From positions 608,001 to 672,000 of the forward strand of contig BK006945.2 in assembly GCA_000146045.2 (NCBI GenBank): DNA of 64,000 nt. Reading direction: 5' to 3'. The DNA is from TPA_inf: Saccharomyces (Eukaryota). The position numbers and the translations under genes are program-made. Positions within the stretch are counted from its first letter, which is position 1, and the number at the start of each line of letters is the position of its first letter. Under the pieces are notes generated by a model. The model had not been told where the DNA came from. It was given only the letters and a program-made list of their open reading frames with translations, and did no database searches. Of the stretch, positions 20,684 through 33,021 are shown one piece after another.

Positions 20684-23600
20684 CTAATCACTACCGTGAA
20701 AAAAGCAGTTCCATAAGTGTTCATTACTGACTTCTTGGTCTACCACGCTTATCTCAAACTTCGCATCATCGCTTTCCTCATTATCCGTTTCATCTTGTGC
20801 TTCGTCGTATTTATCGCCTTTTTTTGACTTCTCCTTTCTTTTGCGCTCTTCGAGTATACATTTATATCTGAGGATGTTTTCTTCAACGGTATTTCTGATC
20901 ATGAAATTCCACACAAAAGTTTCTTCATCTTGTCCTATACGATTATTCCTTCCCATAGCTTGTAATTCATCACTATTATTAAGGATAGGATCTAGTAGGA
21001 AAATATGTTTTGCATTTATCAAATTCAGGCCGGCACCTAAAGTTTTCACATTCAAAAGTAGGCAAGTGACGGAAGGCTGGCGTTTGAAGTTATTTATAGT
21101 TTCGCCAACATTGGCTGTATTAGATAGACATGCCAAGTGTTCAATGTGATACAACTTTAATACCTTACCAATGACCTTTAAATATTCTGTCTTTTGAGAG
21201 TATAGAATAACTTGTGGCGGATCAGCGTTTTCCTGCTCACTTTTTAGCCTCAGGTAAGATATTAACTTGATGACGAAATCAATCTTAGCACCAAAACTTT
21301 CCTTTATGTGAATTTGATGGACTTCATTAATTTGATGGAATTGCTCGTATTTATTTCCGAATAATTTTTCTACTTCACTCATATTGGATATAATCGAGTT
21401 TTCATTTGAATTATCTTGAGACGAATCGGCGCCCTCTCTTCGTGGCTCTTGAATTTCTTTTTCCCTCTTCTCCGTTGAGTTCTTGAACTTAAAGTTATAG
21501 ACTTCCGATATACTACAGAAACCTTTGCATATAGGGCATTTACTATGGGCTCGTAGCCACGTAAGGATACAACTCTTGCAAAAATAATGTCCACACTTAA
21601 TGATAGCACCTATTTCAACTTCTCCCAAACAGATAGAGCAGCTCAATATTTGATTATCGTTTAATGTGTCTTTCAATCTGGACAAATTTTTTAAATATAT
21701 CAGCCGTGATTCAATGTTATTGATTTTTGCATCTAGTGTACCGCCCAATGACTTATTGATAGTTCTTATTAGATGGCTGAGTTGTGGAGCACTCAAAGAG
21801 TGCAAGGACACCAATGAATCGGAAATCCTCTGTAATTGACTATAATATTCCGTCTTGGCATTATAAATCGATCCCAGGATTTTCAAAGATTCTCTTACCT
21901 GTTTATTGTACTTAAACAGGCTTTTACTTTCAACTTCGTACTGAAGTAAGTAGTCCTCAAAATTTTGAATGGTAGATTCACTTTCATTGCTTGAGGATAT
22001 CCGTCTTACTATCCTGCTGTTCTTCAGTTCATCAAAAACAGTTCGTAGAGGTGTTCCTGAAATCAAGCGCAAGCTGTTCAATAACTGCTTTTGATATTTT
22101 GAAATTATTGAACCTTCCGGTACCAAATGCTTCGGAATTTTAACTTCTGATTCTGAAGTTAAAATATTGTCCCTATTCTGTAAAATTATCTCCAAGCAAC
22201 CAAGAAGACTGAATATCTTATCTTGACTGTCAATCGATGTTGAATATTCTTCATTACCGATAATTTTATTAGTGCTATCATCGTCCTCTGTCCTGTGGAC
22301 AGGTTCATAGATAATAATGAGTAACTCATCCAATAACTCGTTGAAGTTTTTAGTTTGTTCATTCAACCCTTCTATCAACTTACTCAAAGACTTGAAACAA
22401 CGAGATACTGCTAAATTAGATGAGTAGTCATTTTTGTGGTCAAATTCAATATTGATTAATCGCAAAGGTATATTGCTCGTCATAGGAGCAAACTTAGTTC
22501 TGGCCATTTTAATAGTCATATCAACTTTTCTAGCCTCAGAGGAGAGGATTGACTTCCTCAAAATTTCTGCATTCGCATAATTTTCTTGTTCTAAAAGTCT
22601 ATTCTCTTCAATTTCCTCTAACTCATTTTTTGGAAAAACATCAGAATACACCACTTCTTCAGTCTTCTCTTTTCGATGCTTGTCGTCCGCCTCTTCTAGC
22701 TTACGAGTGCCCAAGTTATAGTAAACAGAACCGAGGAAGAAGTAGCAATCATGCAGTAAATTCATCATAGCACGTAATCCTTTCTTCTTCAGGTGGTTGG
22801 ATAACATTCCGTCATTGTTGTGATTATCATGGTTTTTAGCACCATTTATTTCTCTATCGCTTTCGTCGCCTGAAGATGTTTCCTTCTCACCAAACCTCTC
22901 GTCCATATGTTCGTCCTCATCTTCACTGAGGTTTAACGACTTATCAAACGGATCCTCAACGTTGAATTTTTGGCGTATGTGTATCATCAAATCATCTCTG
23001 ATTTTGATAAATGATTCAAGGGCTTTGGCCGGAGTATTGGAAATTTCAAGTTCATACTGTGCCTGCTTGATCGATAAATGGAATCTCTCTCTGTAATAGC
23101 CAATTAAACTGTCAAATGCATCCATTCGCATGGATATTAAGATATCGTCTATATTTGAAATTCTTGACAAGTGCCCGTGAAGGCGCTTCTGTCGGGTACT
23201 TAAAATTTCTGGAAATAATGCATGGCAACATATATATCGCAGCCTAGACAACCATTCGTTTAAAAAGGCATTGCTTACACGGGGTGATCCACTGCCATCC
23301 GAATTATAGCCACTCAACTCTAAAAAATTGTTCCAAAGATTTAAATAGTTGTCCCACTCGATAGGCGCAAACTCCAGGGGAATGATGAAGTTGTGTTGCC
23401 GCGGAATATGAATCTGAGACGCAACATTGGCTTTCGAATGCCTTATGCAAAGATCATACCTGTAAAAAATGTTCATACAATCCTTGATAGAAAACCGAAC
23501 GCCCTTTAATTGGCATACAAAATCATTACTAGTGTAATCTTTAGCCTCATTTCTTAGTTTAATTTCTTCTTGAAGTGTCCGAATAAAGTCTACCTCATCA

Positions 23601-25354
23601 CAAAATGGATGCAGCTTTAAATAAGACATGATCATCCTAAAGTTGTAAATGTTCTGTATTGGAGTCCCGGAAACACCCCAAGTGTGTATTCTATGAAGTA
23701 AACTCGTGCATTTTGCAGAATATGTTGATGAACTACGTAGCATTTGAACTTCATCCAGAATGATTCTATAAAACTGCATCAAAGCTAACGGTGAAGAATA
23801 GTCATACTTTGGGCTTTTCAACCTTCTCGATCTGATACTACGGTTAAACTCAGCATGATGGACCTCCGTGGCAATAATGTTATATGATGTAACTATAATA
23901 TCGTATTGGCACAATTGTTGAACAGCTTCGTCCACAGTTTTGCAATCTTTCATTATCTCATTATATCCTCTATAGGTATACCATTTTAAGGAATTTGCGT
24001 GTAATTCGATTTCTTCGAGCCATTGTTTTAAGATAGCATTGGGACAGATAATCAAAGTCGTCTTTGTCTTCGTGATTGTTCTATTTTCATCGTCAATAAA
24101 TGTTGCCTCTGAGTCCTTCAATTTCCTTCTATTTAAGAGTATTAGTGATAAAATTTCAATAGTTTTGCCCAACCCCATCTCTTCTGCTAACACCCCCTTT
24201 GCACAAACTGGGTAGTCGCCGCTTAACCTTTCCTTCCTATATTGGTTGTACAAATGTGCAGCATCTTCTGTAGTTAGAATATATCCTGTTAATTTGTTCC
24301 ATAACAATGATGGCCCTACCTCGTCAGGGCTGCGTGCAATGAGCTCGTAACCGTATGCATAGTACTCGTTCATAAAATCTATAAGCCCTACTTCGTCGAT
24401 GACTGTAGGTGTATCACTAAGAGAATTACCATGCCCTTCTTTAATTAGCATCCACTCAACGCTCTCTCTTTGAAATGGTAAGAGGTTAACTTTTAGGTCT
24501 GGTATAGATTGGGGTAAGAACGGTTTGATCTTTGATAGCCTATCTTTACTATATTCCAAGATTTGAGAAATAAATTGTTTTTGAATGAAGTTTGAATGGA
24601 TATGGCTGTGCTTGTGATATCGCTCAAATTCGTTCTCGTCCCTATTAGAGAACGTCAAGTCCAGTATTTGGTTAGCCTCCACGGAAAACCGGTTGAATTT
24701 ATTATTTAAAAACTTCAACTTCAAATTAAAAGATAAAACCCATGTTAAAGAGGAATCATTGTATCGGAATACGACTGGAGAGCATTCAAAATCTTTGTAG
24801 GACAAAGATAATTCGTGTATACGACTTTTTAGTAATTTTTCAGGATCGTTAACATTTGAATTTTTTTTTCTTCTCTTTCTTGATGGTTTGCGTTCTAAAG
24901 ATTTACGATTTTCTAACTGATTTCGTAGGGCCCTTTCTTGGTTTTTATGAGCACATATATCCAAGATCAGCGGAAGTTGTTTGTCAACAGCGATTTTTGA
25001 ATTGTTCTCCATTTTAAATCCAATTTGAAATAAGGATACGGAATCTGACGACACAACAAGTGTTGCCTCGTTATCATTTTCACAAGGTAAGATCTCTATA
25101 TCAACAATAAATTTAAATAACTGCCTACCGTTGTTGGAAAGACTTATTCGCTCTGGTATTTCGATATTTACCGAGGCAACGTTGATTAATTCTTTTCCGT
25201 TCTTGCTAACTTTTTGAGTTACAGTCTCTTGTTCCTGATTTAGCGCTGGCAATGCTGCTATCACTGAATCAAAAGAACCATTTTCTAGGAAAAAGTCGCA
25301 TTTTTCGGCAGTCACGTTGTACTCCCTTGCTAATAGCGCACCTACTGCAGACAT
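20684..25354 (-). CDS. IRC20: SNF2-family DNA-dependent ATPase with C3HC4 RING finger (E3 ligase/translocase)
   Basis: 1556 aa; SNF2 N-domain (LAEEMGLGKTIE, DEVQM), RING (CSICLGEVEIGAIIKCGHYFCKSCILTWLRAHSKCPIC), helicase-C domain; matches YLR247C. Confidence 0.9.
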   Translation of the reverse strand: MSAVGALLAREYNVTAEKCDFFLENGSFDSVIAALPALNQEQETVTQKVSKNGKELINVASVNIEIPERISLSNNGRQLFKFIVDIEILPCENDNEATLVVSSDSVSLFQIGFKMENNSKIAVDKQLPLILDICAHKNQERALRNQLENRKSLERKPSRKRRKKNSNVNDPEKLLKSRIHELSLSYKDFECSPVVFRYNDSSLTWVLSFNLKLKFLNNKFNRFSVEANQILDLTFSNRDENEFERYHKHSHIHSNFIQKQFISQILEYSKDRLSKIKPFLPQSIPDLKVNLLPFQRESVEWMLIKEGHGNSLSDTPTVIDEVGLIDFMNEYYAYGYELIARSPDEVGPSLLWNKLTGYILTTEDAAHLYNQYRKERLSGDYPVCAKGVLAEEMGLGKTIEILSLILLNRRKLKDSEATFIDDENRTITKTKTTLIICPNAILKQWLEEIELHANSLKWYTYRGYNEIMKDCKTVDEAVQQLCQYDIIVTSYNIIATEVHHAEFNRSIRSRRLKSPKYDYSSPLALMQFYRIILDEVQMLRSSSTYSAKCTSLLHRIHTWGVSGTPIQNIYNFRMIMSYLKLHPFCDEVDFIRTLQEEIKLRNEAKDYTSNDFVCQLKGVRFSIKDCMNIFYRYDLCIRHSKANVASQIHIPRQHNFIIPLEFAPIEWDNYLNLWNNFLELSGYNSDGSGSPRVSNAFLNEWLSRLRYICCHALFPEILSTRQKRLHGHLSRISNIDDILISMRMDAFDSLIGYYRERFHLSIKQAQYELEISNTPAKALESFIKIRDDLMIHIRQKFNVEDPFDKSLNLSEDEDEHMDERFGEKETSSGDESDREINGAKNHDNHNNDGMLSNHLKKKGLRAMMNLLHDCYFFLGSVYYNLGTRKLEEADDKHRKEKTEEVVYSDVFPKNELEEIEENRLLEQENYANAEILRKSILSSEARKVDMTIKMARTKFAPMTSNIPLRLINIEFDHKNDYSSNLAVSRCFKSLSKLIEGLNEQTKNFNELLDELLIIIYEPVHRTEDDDSTNKIIGNEEYSTSIDSQDKIFSLLGCLEIILQNRDNILTSESEVKIPKHLVPEGSIISKYQKQLLNSLRLISGTPLRTVFDELKNSRIVRRISSSNESESTIQNFEDYLLQYEVESKSLFKYNKQVRESLKILGSIYNAKTEYYSQLQRISDSLVSLHSLSAPQLSHLIRTINKSLGGTLDAKINNIESRLIYLKNLSRLKDTLNDNQILSCSICLGEVEIGAIIKCGHYFCKSCILTWLRAHSKCPICKGFCSISEVYNFKFKNSTEKREKEIQEPRREGADSSQDNSNENSIISNMSEVEKLFGNKYEQFHQINEVHQIHIKESFGAKIDFVIKLISYLRLKSEQENADPPQVILYSQKTEYLKVIGKVLKLYHIEHLACLSNTANVGETINNFKRQPSVTCLLLNVKTLGAGLNLINAKHIFLLDPILNNSDELQAMGRNNRIGQDEETFVWNFMIRNTVEENILRYKCILEERKRKEKSKKGDKYDEAQDETDNEESDDAKFEISVVDQEVSNEHLWNCFFHGSD

Positions 25355-26251
25355 TTACCGTCGAATAAGTTGGCCTTTCCTGGAGTTCATTCCTTTAGAC
25401 AGCGCCTAGAAAGTGGCAAATCAATACATTCATCAGCCACATTTCATCAGCTGTAGATCTGGAAAAGACGGGTAGCAGTTCGAGTGTTCCGAAAAAGGAA
25501 AAAACGAGCCTTATCCTTGGTCAGAGATGCGAGCAGGTAATTCCTTGAGCTCTCATAGGAGTGAAGCTATCCCAGACTCCTTGGATGTCCCTGTATTTGC
25601 GGTCAAGTTTGTTCTTTGACTGGTTCGTCATTTCGAGCTCACTTAAAAACAGGAGTTATTCAGCTACATCTTCAAGCTAATAAAACATCCGTTGCGCAGG
25701 CACTCTTTTTAGTAGTTGCCATTTCCTTTATTCTTGAAAGTACGAAGGCTGAAAAAGAGCCACTACGATCCAAAAAATCACCGTTAGTTTTAGTCGTCCA
25801 CGAGTACGTTGGCATAAAGTCTAGTAATCTTTTTACTTTATAGCAATCAAGAGAAAAAAGGAGGATAAAGGGACATTTATTTGTTATTGTTTTTTGTTCT
25901 TTTTAAACTTTTTTACTGGCTAGGTTTAAGGTTATAATTATAAATCCAGTGATTAAGAGGAAACCTCGTCAAGAATCCTAGATAATAGTAATCAGCGACA
26001 GTTATTTCAACGAAGTCAAACTCTATCTCTGGGGCTTTATCTCTCCTATTGACATCTAACTTTTTACAAACGCTTACTAGAAAAGACGGATCGGCCAAAG
26101 AAAAAAAAAGAGTGACATCGAAAAAATTAAAGAAAATAAAATCCCAGATAGTTCATACGTTATTTGAAGTACAAACATTTAACGATTGGAAAAGACGAAA
26201 GTATTGTTAAGAGTACTGCTTATTTAGAGAGGATCAAACAAAATCTCTTCG

Positions 26252-28084
26252 ATGCTTAAAATAAAGGCCCTTTTCTCGAAAAAGAAACCGGATCAGGCAG
26301 ATTTGTCTCAGGAATCTAAAAAACCATTCAAGGGTAAGACCAGGTCAAGCGGTACAAATAACAAAGATGTTTCCCAGATTACTTCTTCCCCTAAGAAAAG
26401 CTTTCAGGACAAAAATATAGTTCAGTACCCGAGTGTTGTCGCAGATGACCATCATATGAAGTCTTTAACCGATGAATTAGTAACCACGATAGACTCGGAC
26501 TCTTCACCGAGTGATAATATTACCACGGAAAATGTGGAAACAGTTACTTCCGTGCCAGCTATCGATGTCCATGAAAGTAGTGAAGGTCAATTAAGTTCCG
26601 ACCCCTTAATATCTGACGAATCTCTTTCGGAACAAAGCGAGATTATCAGTGATATCCAGGATGACAGTACTGATGATGACAATATGGAAGATGAAATTCC
26701 GGAAAAATCCTTCCTCGAACAAAAGGAATTGATAGGTTACAAGCTGATCAATAAAATCGGTGAAGGTGCTTTTTCAAAAGTCTTTAGAGCCATACCTGCT
26801 AAAAATAGTTCTAATGAATTTTTAACTAAAAACTATAAAGCTGTTGCCATTAAAGTTATCAAAAAGGCAGATTTATCCTCGATTAATGGTGATCATCGTA
26901 AGAAGGACAAAGGGAAGGACAGCACTAAAACTTCTTCCAGAGATCAAGTCTTGAAGGAAGTTGCACTACATAAGACGGTTTCCGCTGGTTGTTCACAAAT
27001 TGTCGCGTTCATAGACTTCCAAGAAACAGATAGCTATTATTATATTATTCAAGAGTTACTAACCGGTGGGGAAATCTTCGGCGAAATTGTTAGGTTGACC
27101 TATTTCAGTGAAGATTTATCAAGGCATGTAATCAAACAATTAGCACTGGCTGTTAAACATATGCATTCACTAGGTGTAGTGCATCGTGATATAAAACCTG
27201 AGAATCTTCTTTTTGAACCGATTGAATTCACACGCTCTATAAAACCAAAATTGAGGAAATCGGATGATCCGCAAACAAAGGCAGACGAGGGAATTTTCAC
27301 ACCAGGAGTTGGTGGTGGTGGAATTGGTATAGTAAAACTAGCTGATTTTGGTTTGTCTAAACAAATATTTTCCAAGAACACCAAGACTCCTTGTGGTACA
27401 GTCGGTTACACTGCCCCTGAAGTTGTCAAAGATGAGCATTATTCTATGAAAGTGGATATGTGGGGGATTGGTTGCGTTTTGTACACAATGTTATGTGGGT
27501 TCCCGCCATTCTATGATGAGAAAATTGACACTTTAACTGAAAAAATATCAAGGGGTGAGTATACCTTTCTGAAACCTTGGTGGGATGAAATCAGCGCCGG
27601 TGCCAAGAATGCCGTGGCTAAGCTATTAGAACTAGAGCCGTCTAAAAGATACGACATTGACCAGTTTTTGGACGACCCATGGTTAAATACATTCGATTGT
27701 TTACCAAAGGAGGGCGAATCTTCACAAAAGAAAGCAGGTACTTCCGAAAGACGCCATCCGCATAAGAAACAATTCCAACTATTTCAAAGAGACTCCTCGC
27801 TACTGTTTTCACCAGCTGCTGTTGCTATGCGTGACGCCTTTGATATTGGTAATGCTGTGAAACGTACCGAAGAAGACCGTATGGGAACACGTGGAGGATT
27901 AGGCTCGCTTGCTGAGGACGAAGAATTGGAAGATAGTTACAGTGGCGCCCAAGGCGATGAACAGCTGGAACAAAATATGTTCCAATTAACGCTGGATACG
28001 TCCACGATTCTGCAAAGAAGAAAAAAAGTTCAAGAAAATGACGTAGGGCCTACAATTCCAATAAGCGCCACTATCAGGGAATAG
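26252..28084 (+). CDS. RCK2: CaMK-like MAPKAP kinase (Hog1 target)
   Basis: 610 aa; Ser-rich N-terminus and protein kinase domain ([24 protein letters not shown]); matches YLR248W. Confidence 0.95.
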   Translation: MLKIKALFSKKKPDQADLSQESKKPFKGKTRSSGTNNKDVSQITSSPKKSFQDKNIVQYPSVVADDHHMKSLTDELVTTIDSDSSPSDNITTENVETVTSVPAIDVHESSEGQLSSDPLISDESLSEQSEIISDIQDDSTDDDNMEDEIPEKSFLEQKELIGYKLINKIGEGAFSKVFRAIPAKNSSNEFLTKNYKAVAIKVIKKADLSSINGDHRKKDKGKDSTKTSSRDQVLKEVALHKTVSAGCSQIVAFIDFQETDSYYYIIQELLTGGEIFGEIVRLTYFSEDLSRHVIKQLALAVKHMHSLGVVHRDIKPENLLFEPIEFTRSIKPKLRKSDDPQTKADEGIFTPGVGGGGIGIVKLADFGLSKQIFSKNTKTPCGTVGYTAPEVVKDEHYSMKVDMWGIGCVLYTMLCGFPPFYDEKIDTLTEKISRGEYTFLKPWWDEISAGAKNAVAKLLELEPSKRYDIDQFLDDPWLNTFDCLPKEGESSQKKAGTSERRHPHKKQFQLFQRDSSLLFSPAAVAMRDAFDIGNAVKRTEEDRMGTRGGLGSLAEDEELEDSYSGAQGDEQLEQNMFQLTLDTSTILQRRKKVQENDVGPTIPISATIRE

Positions 28085-28525
28085 CAACTTTCCCTTCTGT
28101 TTCAATCTTTTTACCTATTCCTTTTTAAAAGATATATATACATTAAACTCCTTCTACAAGTATATATTTTATACATATCTACAGGGCGTATATATACATA
28201 ACATTTTAAGATAAGCAAGTGAATGTTGATTCCCGTTTCTTAGTCAACACTTCTTTCTATTTTACCCGGTCGTTACCCTATTAAAAAAACAACTTACAAT
28301 CATTGTTCGCCCCTTCCATACTTACTGCCACTCGCAAAAGGGCCCAACCAGGGCAATTACGTATCAAAAAATCATGACAGGCTGGGTAATAAATATTCGT
28401 GAAGAAAGAAGAAATTAAAAAAAGAAACGAAGAAGCAAAAAAAAGAAAAGACTCCGTTTAATCACTTTCAACCGCGGTTTATCCGGCCCCACCCATGCAT
28501 AACCCTAAATTATTAGATCACTTAG

Positions 28526-28531
28526 CACGTG
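28526..28531. promoter_or_regulatory. CACGTG E-box (Cbf1/Pho4-type) in the YEF3 promoter
   Basis: Palindromic CACGTG about 250 bp upstream of the YEF3 ATG. Confidence 0.4.
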
Positions 28532-28551
28532 AAAAAGAAACGTTTTTAATG

Positions 28552-28581
28552 TTTTTTTTTTTTTTTTCTTTTTCTTTTTTT
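28552..28581. promoter_or_regulatory. Long poly(dT) tract (T16 followed by a T-rich run), putative nucleosome-excluding element of the YEF3 promoter
   Basis: gtttttttttttttttctttttcttttttt seen directly, ~200 bp upstream of the YEF3 ATG. Confidence 0.6.
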
Positions 28582-28779
28582 GCGTTGGTGAAAATTTTTT
28601 CGCTTCCTCGAGTATAATTATCTCATCTCATCTTTCATATAAGATAAGAAGTTTTATAAAAACCTTTTGCATCAAAATTTTGTAGAATATCTCTTTTTCT
28701 TACGCTCTCTTTCTTTCCTTAATTGTTTTCTAAAGAACCGTGTATTTTTCTAGTTCGAATCCATCGATAACATTAAAAG

Positions 28780-31700
28780 ATGTCTGATTCCCAGCAATCC
28801 ATTAAGGTTCTAGAAGAACTATTCCAGAAGTTATCTGTTGCCACTGCTGACAACAGACACGAAATCGCTTCTGAAGTCGCTTCTTTCTTGAATGGTAACA
28901 TCATTGAACATGATGTTCCAGAACACTTCTTCGGTGAATTGGCCAAGGGTATCAAGGACAAGAAGACCGCTGCTAACGCCATGCAAGCTGTTGCTCACAT
29001 TGCTAACCAATCTAACTTGTCTCCATCTGTTGAACCATACATCGTCCAATTGGTTCCAGCTATCTGTACCAACGCAGGTAACAAGGACAAAGAAATTCAA
29101 TCTGTTGCTTCCGAAACTTTGATTTCCATCGTTAACGCTGTTAACCCAGTTGCCATCAAAGCTTTGTTGCCACATTTGACTAACGCTATTGTCGAAACTA
29201 ACAAATGGCAAGAAAAGATTGCTATTTTGGCAGCTATCTCTGCTATGGTCGATGCTGCTAAGGATCAAGTTGCCCTAAGAATGCCAGAATTGATTCCAGT
29301 CTTGTCTGAAACCATGTGGGACACCAAGAAGGAAGTCAAGGCTGCTGCTACTGCCGCCATGACCAAGGCTACCGAAACTGTTGACAACAAGGATATTGAA
29401 CGTTTCATTCCAAGTTTGATTCAATGTATTGCTGACCCAACTGAAGTTCCAGAAACCGTTCATTTGTTAGGTGCTACTACTTTCGTTGCTGAAGTTACTC
29501 CAGCTACTTTGTCCATCATGGTCCCATTGTTGTCCAGAGGTTTGAACGAAAGAGAAACCGGTATCAAGCGTAAGTCTGCTGTTATTATTGACAACATGTG
29601 TAAGTTGGTCGAAGACCCACAAGTTATTGCTCCTTTCTTGGGTAAATTGTTGCCAGGTTTGAAGAGTAACTTTGCTACCATTGCTGACCCAGAAGCCAGA
29701 GAAGTTACTTTGAGAGCTTTGAAGACTTTGAGAAGAGTTGGTAACGTTGGTGAAGACGATGCTATTCCAGAAGTTTCTCACGCTGGTGACGTTTCTACTA
29801 CTTTGCAAGTCGTTAACGAATTGTTGAAGGACGAAACCGTTGCTCCAAGATTTAAGATTGTCGTCGAGTACATTGCCGCCATTGGTGCTGATTTGATCGA
29901 TGAAAGAATCATTGACCAACAAGCTTGGTTCACCCACATCACCCCATACATGACTATCTTCTTGCACGAAAAGAAGGCCAAGGACATCTTGGACGAATTC
30001 AGAAAGAGAGCTGTCGACAACATTCCAGTTGGTCCAAACTTCGACGACGAAGAAGACGAAGGTGAAGACTTATGTAACTGTGAATTCTCTTTGGCTTATG
30101 GTGCTAAAATCTTGTTGAACAAGACCCAATTAAGATTGAAGAGAGCCAGAAGATATGGTATCTGTGGTCCAAACGGTTGTGGTAAGTCCACTTTAATGAG
30201 AGCTATTGCCAACGGTCAAGTTGATGGTTTCCCAACCCAAGAAGAATGTAGAACCGTCTACGTCGAACACGACATTGATGGTACTCACTCTGACACTTCC
30301 GTCTTGGATTTCGTTTTCGAATCTGGTGTTGGTACTAAAGAAGCTATCAAGGACAAATTGATTGAATTCGGTTTCACCGATGAAATGATTGCTATGCCAA
30401 TCTCTGCTTTGTCTGGTGGTTGGAAGATGAAGTTGGCTCTAGCTAGAGCTGTGTTGAGAAATGCTGATATCTTGTTGTTAGATGAACCAACTAACCATTT
30501 GGATACCGTCAACGTTGCTTGGTTAGTTAACTACTTGAACACCTGTGGTATCACTTCTATCACTATTTCTCACGACTCCGTTTTCTTAGATAACGTCTGT
30601 GAATATATTATTAACTACGAAGGTTTGAAGTTGAGAAAGTACAAGGGTAACTTTACCGAATTCGTTAAGAAGTGTCCAGCTGCTAAGGCTTACGAAGAAT
30701 TATCCAACACTGATTTGGAATTCAAGTTCCCAGAACCAGGTTACTTGGAAGGTGTTAAGACTAAGCAAAAGGCTATTGTCAAGGTTACCAACATGGAATT
30801 CCAATATCCAGGTACCTCTAAGCCACAAATCACTGACATTAACTTCCAATGTTCTTTGTCTTCCAGAATTGCTGTCATTGGTCCAAATGGTGCTGGTAAG
30901 TCTACTTTGATTAACGTCTTGACTGGTGAACTATTACCAACCTCTGGTGAAGTCTACACCCACGAAAATTGTCGTATCGCTTACATTAAGCAACACGCTT
31001 TTGCTCATATCGAATCTCATTTGGACAAGACTCCATCTGAATATATCCAATGGAGATTCCAAACCGGTGAAGATAGAGAAACCATGGACAGAGCTAACAG
31101 ACAAATCAACGAAAACGATGCTGAAGCTATGAACAAGATCTTCAAGATTGAAGGTACCCCTAGAAGAATTGCCGGTATCCACTCCAGAAGAAAGTTCAAG
31201 AACACTTACGAATATGAATGTTCTTTCTTATTGGGTGAAAACATTGGTATGAAATCTGAAAGATGGGTTCCAATGATGTCCGTCGACAACGCTTGGATTC
31301 CAAGAGGTGAATTGGTTGAATCTCACTCTAAGATGGTTGCTGAAGTTGATATGAAGGAAGCTTTGGCTTCTGGTCAATTCCGTCCATTAACCAGAAAAGA
31401 AATTGAAGAACATTGTTCCATGTTGGGTTTGGACCCAGAAATTGTTTCTCACTCCAGAATTAGAGGTTTGTCTGGTGGTCAAAAGGTTAAGTTGGTCTTA
31501 GCTGCCGGTACATGGCAAAGACCTCACTTGATTGTCTTAGATGAACCTACCAACTATCTGGACAGAGATTCTTTGGGTGCTTTGTCTAAGGCTTTGAAGG
31601 AATTTGAAGGTGGTGTTATTATCATTACTCACTCTGCTGAATTCACAAAGAACTTGACTGAAGAAGTCTGGGCCGTCAAGGACGGTAGAATGACTCCATC

Positions 31701-31914
31701 TGGTCACAACTGGGTTAGTGGTCAAGGTGCTGGTCCAAGAATCGAAAAGAAGGAAGACGAAGAAGATAAATTCGATGCTATGGGTAACAAGATTGCCGGT
31801 GGTAAGAAGAAGAAGAAGTTGTCTTCTGCGGAATTGAGAAAGAAGAAGAAGGAAAGAATGAAGAAGAAGAAGGAATTGGGTGATGCTTACGTTTCTTCTG
31901 ACGAAGAATTCTAA
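28780..31914 (+). CDS. YEF3: Translation elongation factor 3 (fungal eEF3: HEAT repeats, two ABC cassettes, Lys-rich C-terminal tail)
   Basis: 1044 aa; two Walker A motifs ([18 protein letters not shown]) and ABC signatures ([18 protein letters not shown]); strongly biased codon usage; matches YLR249W. Confidence 0.97.
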   Translation: MSDSQQSIKVLEELFQKLSVATADNRHEIASEVASFLNGNIIEHDVPEHFFGELAKGIKDKKTAANAMQAVAHIANQSNLSPSVEPYIVQLVPAICTNAGNKDKEIQSVASETLISIVNAVNPVAIKALLPHLTNAIVETNKWQEKIAILAAISAMVDAAKDQVALRMPELIPVLSETMWDTKKEVKAAATAAMTKATETVDNKDIERFIPSLIQCIADPTEVPETVHLLGATTFVAEVTPATLSIMVPLLSRGLNERETGIKRKSAVIIDNMCKLVEDPQVIAPFLGKLLPGLKSNFATIADPEAREVTLRALKTLRRVGNVGEDDAIPEVSHAGDVSTTLQVVNELLKDETVAPRFKIVVEYIAAIGADLIDERIIDQQAWFTHITPYMTIFLHEKKAKDILDEFRKRAVDNIPVGPNFDDEEDEGEDLCNCEFSLAYGAKILLNKTQLRLKRARRYGICGPNGCGKSTLMRAIANGQVDGFPTQEECRTVYVEHDIDGTHSDTSVLDFVFESGVGTKEAIKDKLIEFGFTDEMIAMPISALSGGWKMKLALARAVLRNADILLLDEPTNHLDTVNVAWLVNYLNTCGITSITISHDSVFLDNVCEYIINYEGLKLRKYKGNFTEFVKKCPAAKAYEELSNTDLEFKFPEPGYLEGVKTKQKAIVKVTNMEFQYPGTSKPQITDINFQCSLSSRIAVIGPNGAGKSTLINVLTGELLPTSGEVYTHENCRIAYIKQHAFAHIESHLDKTPSEYIQWRFQTGEDRETMDRANRQINENDAEAMNKIFKIEGTPRRIAGIHSRRKFKNTYEYECSFLLGENIGMKSERWVPMMSVDNAWIPRGELVESHSKMVAEVDMKEALASGQFRPLTRKEIEEHCSMLGLDPEIVSHSRIRGLSGGQKVKLVLAAGTWQRPHLIVLDEPTNYLDRDSLGALSKALKEFEGGVIIITHSAEFTKNLTEEVWAVKDGRMTPSGHNWVSGQGAGPRIEKKEDEEDKFDAMGNKIAGGKKKKKLSSAELRKKKKERMKKKKELGDAYVSSDEEF

Positions 31915-32316
31915 TCTTTTTGATCACTGCTTTCACAGTTTTCTTTAAGATTTTTATTGATCAATAATTTATGTATATTTTAATTTCTATGTTTTTGTAA
32001 TATTGTTTATTTTGGTAAAATATAGACGCAACTTCCTTATTATAAAGAAAGGCATTATTTAAAAGAAAAAGCGTTCCATTAGTCAGACATCTTTTTTTTT
32101 CATACATTCTTAAGCTCAGGCAAATTGAGCATTGCCTCATACCCTTTTCGGTAAGAGGGTAACGAAAATATTTTTTTGGAAGAATAAAAATAGGTGACGG
32201 ATCATAGACTAGGAAGCTTTAAAACATGATTGAGCGTAATATTATATTCCTTCTAGAAAAGATAAAAGAGCCAAGACCTAAAATTTTTTCATCCCTGTTC
32301 TATTAAAATTGTGGAA

Positions 32317-33021
32317 ATGAGGTTTTTGAGGGGATTTGTATTTTCTTTGGCTTTCACTCTATATAAAGTAACTGCCACGGCAGAAATAGGATCTGAAATT
32401 AATGTGGAAAATGAGGCACCACCTGATGGTTTATCCTGGGAGGAGTGGCATATGGACCATGAGCATCAGCTAAAAGATTACACTCCAGAGACTTTCTTCG
32501 CGTTACATGATATCAAGAAGAAAGGATTTTTAGATGAAAACGATATTCTATCTCTCTACGGGTTGAACCGTGAAGAAATTGTGGGGGCTGGTGATGGTAT
32601 GGGACAACACGATGAATCTGAGAAAATTGACAATGAAATGGCTAAGCGTGTTGTTAGCCTTATTATGAGGTTATTGGATGTTGATGATAATACCAAAATC
32701 ACCAAGGAGGAATATCTACAATTTGCTAAGAGAGGAAACAAGTTCCCTGACCTTGGCGTTGGTGTAGGTCACCACTCCGATTTTGAGCTAGAATATGAAA
32801 TTCATCACTGGAATAAGTTTCATAAGGACAAAGATCCAGACGTTAAAGTCGTTCACAAAGAAGACATAGAACATGAATTGCTTCATCATGAACATGAAAT
32901 TGAACATGAAGAAGAAATTCAAAGAGGCGCTTCTAGAGCTACTGTAATAACTGATGACGAACTAGAGTCTAGAATAGAGCTGAAAAATATTCCCGAGAAA
33001 TTCAAAAATGGAATTTTTTAA
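32317..33021 (+). CDS. SSP120: Secretory-pathway EF-hand protein of unknown function
   Basis: Signal peptide (MRFLRGFVFSLAFTLYKVTA), EF-hand-like DxDxDG loops, HEEE-rich C-terminus; the track start at 32311 is GTG, ATG 32317 gives 234 aa as expected for YLR250W. Confidence 0.85.
   Translation: MRFLRGFVFSLAFTLYKVTATAEIGSEINVENEAPPDGLSWEEWHMDHEHQLKDYTPETFFALHDIKKKGFLDENDILSLYGLNREEIVGAGDGMGQHDESEKIDNEMAKRVVSLIMRLLDVDDNTKITKEEYLQFAKRGNKFPDLGVGVGHHSDFELEYEIHHWNKFHKDKDPDVKVVHKEDIEHELLHHEHEIEHEEEIQRGASRATVITDDELESRIELKNIPEKFKNGIF

Noticed and set aside
29275-30023. Multiple minus-strand ORFs across YEF3
   Set aside because: The Asn/Ser/Val-rich antisense translations are a by-product of the extreme codon bias of the sense strand and do not represent real genes.
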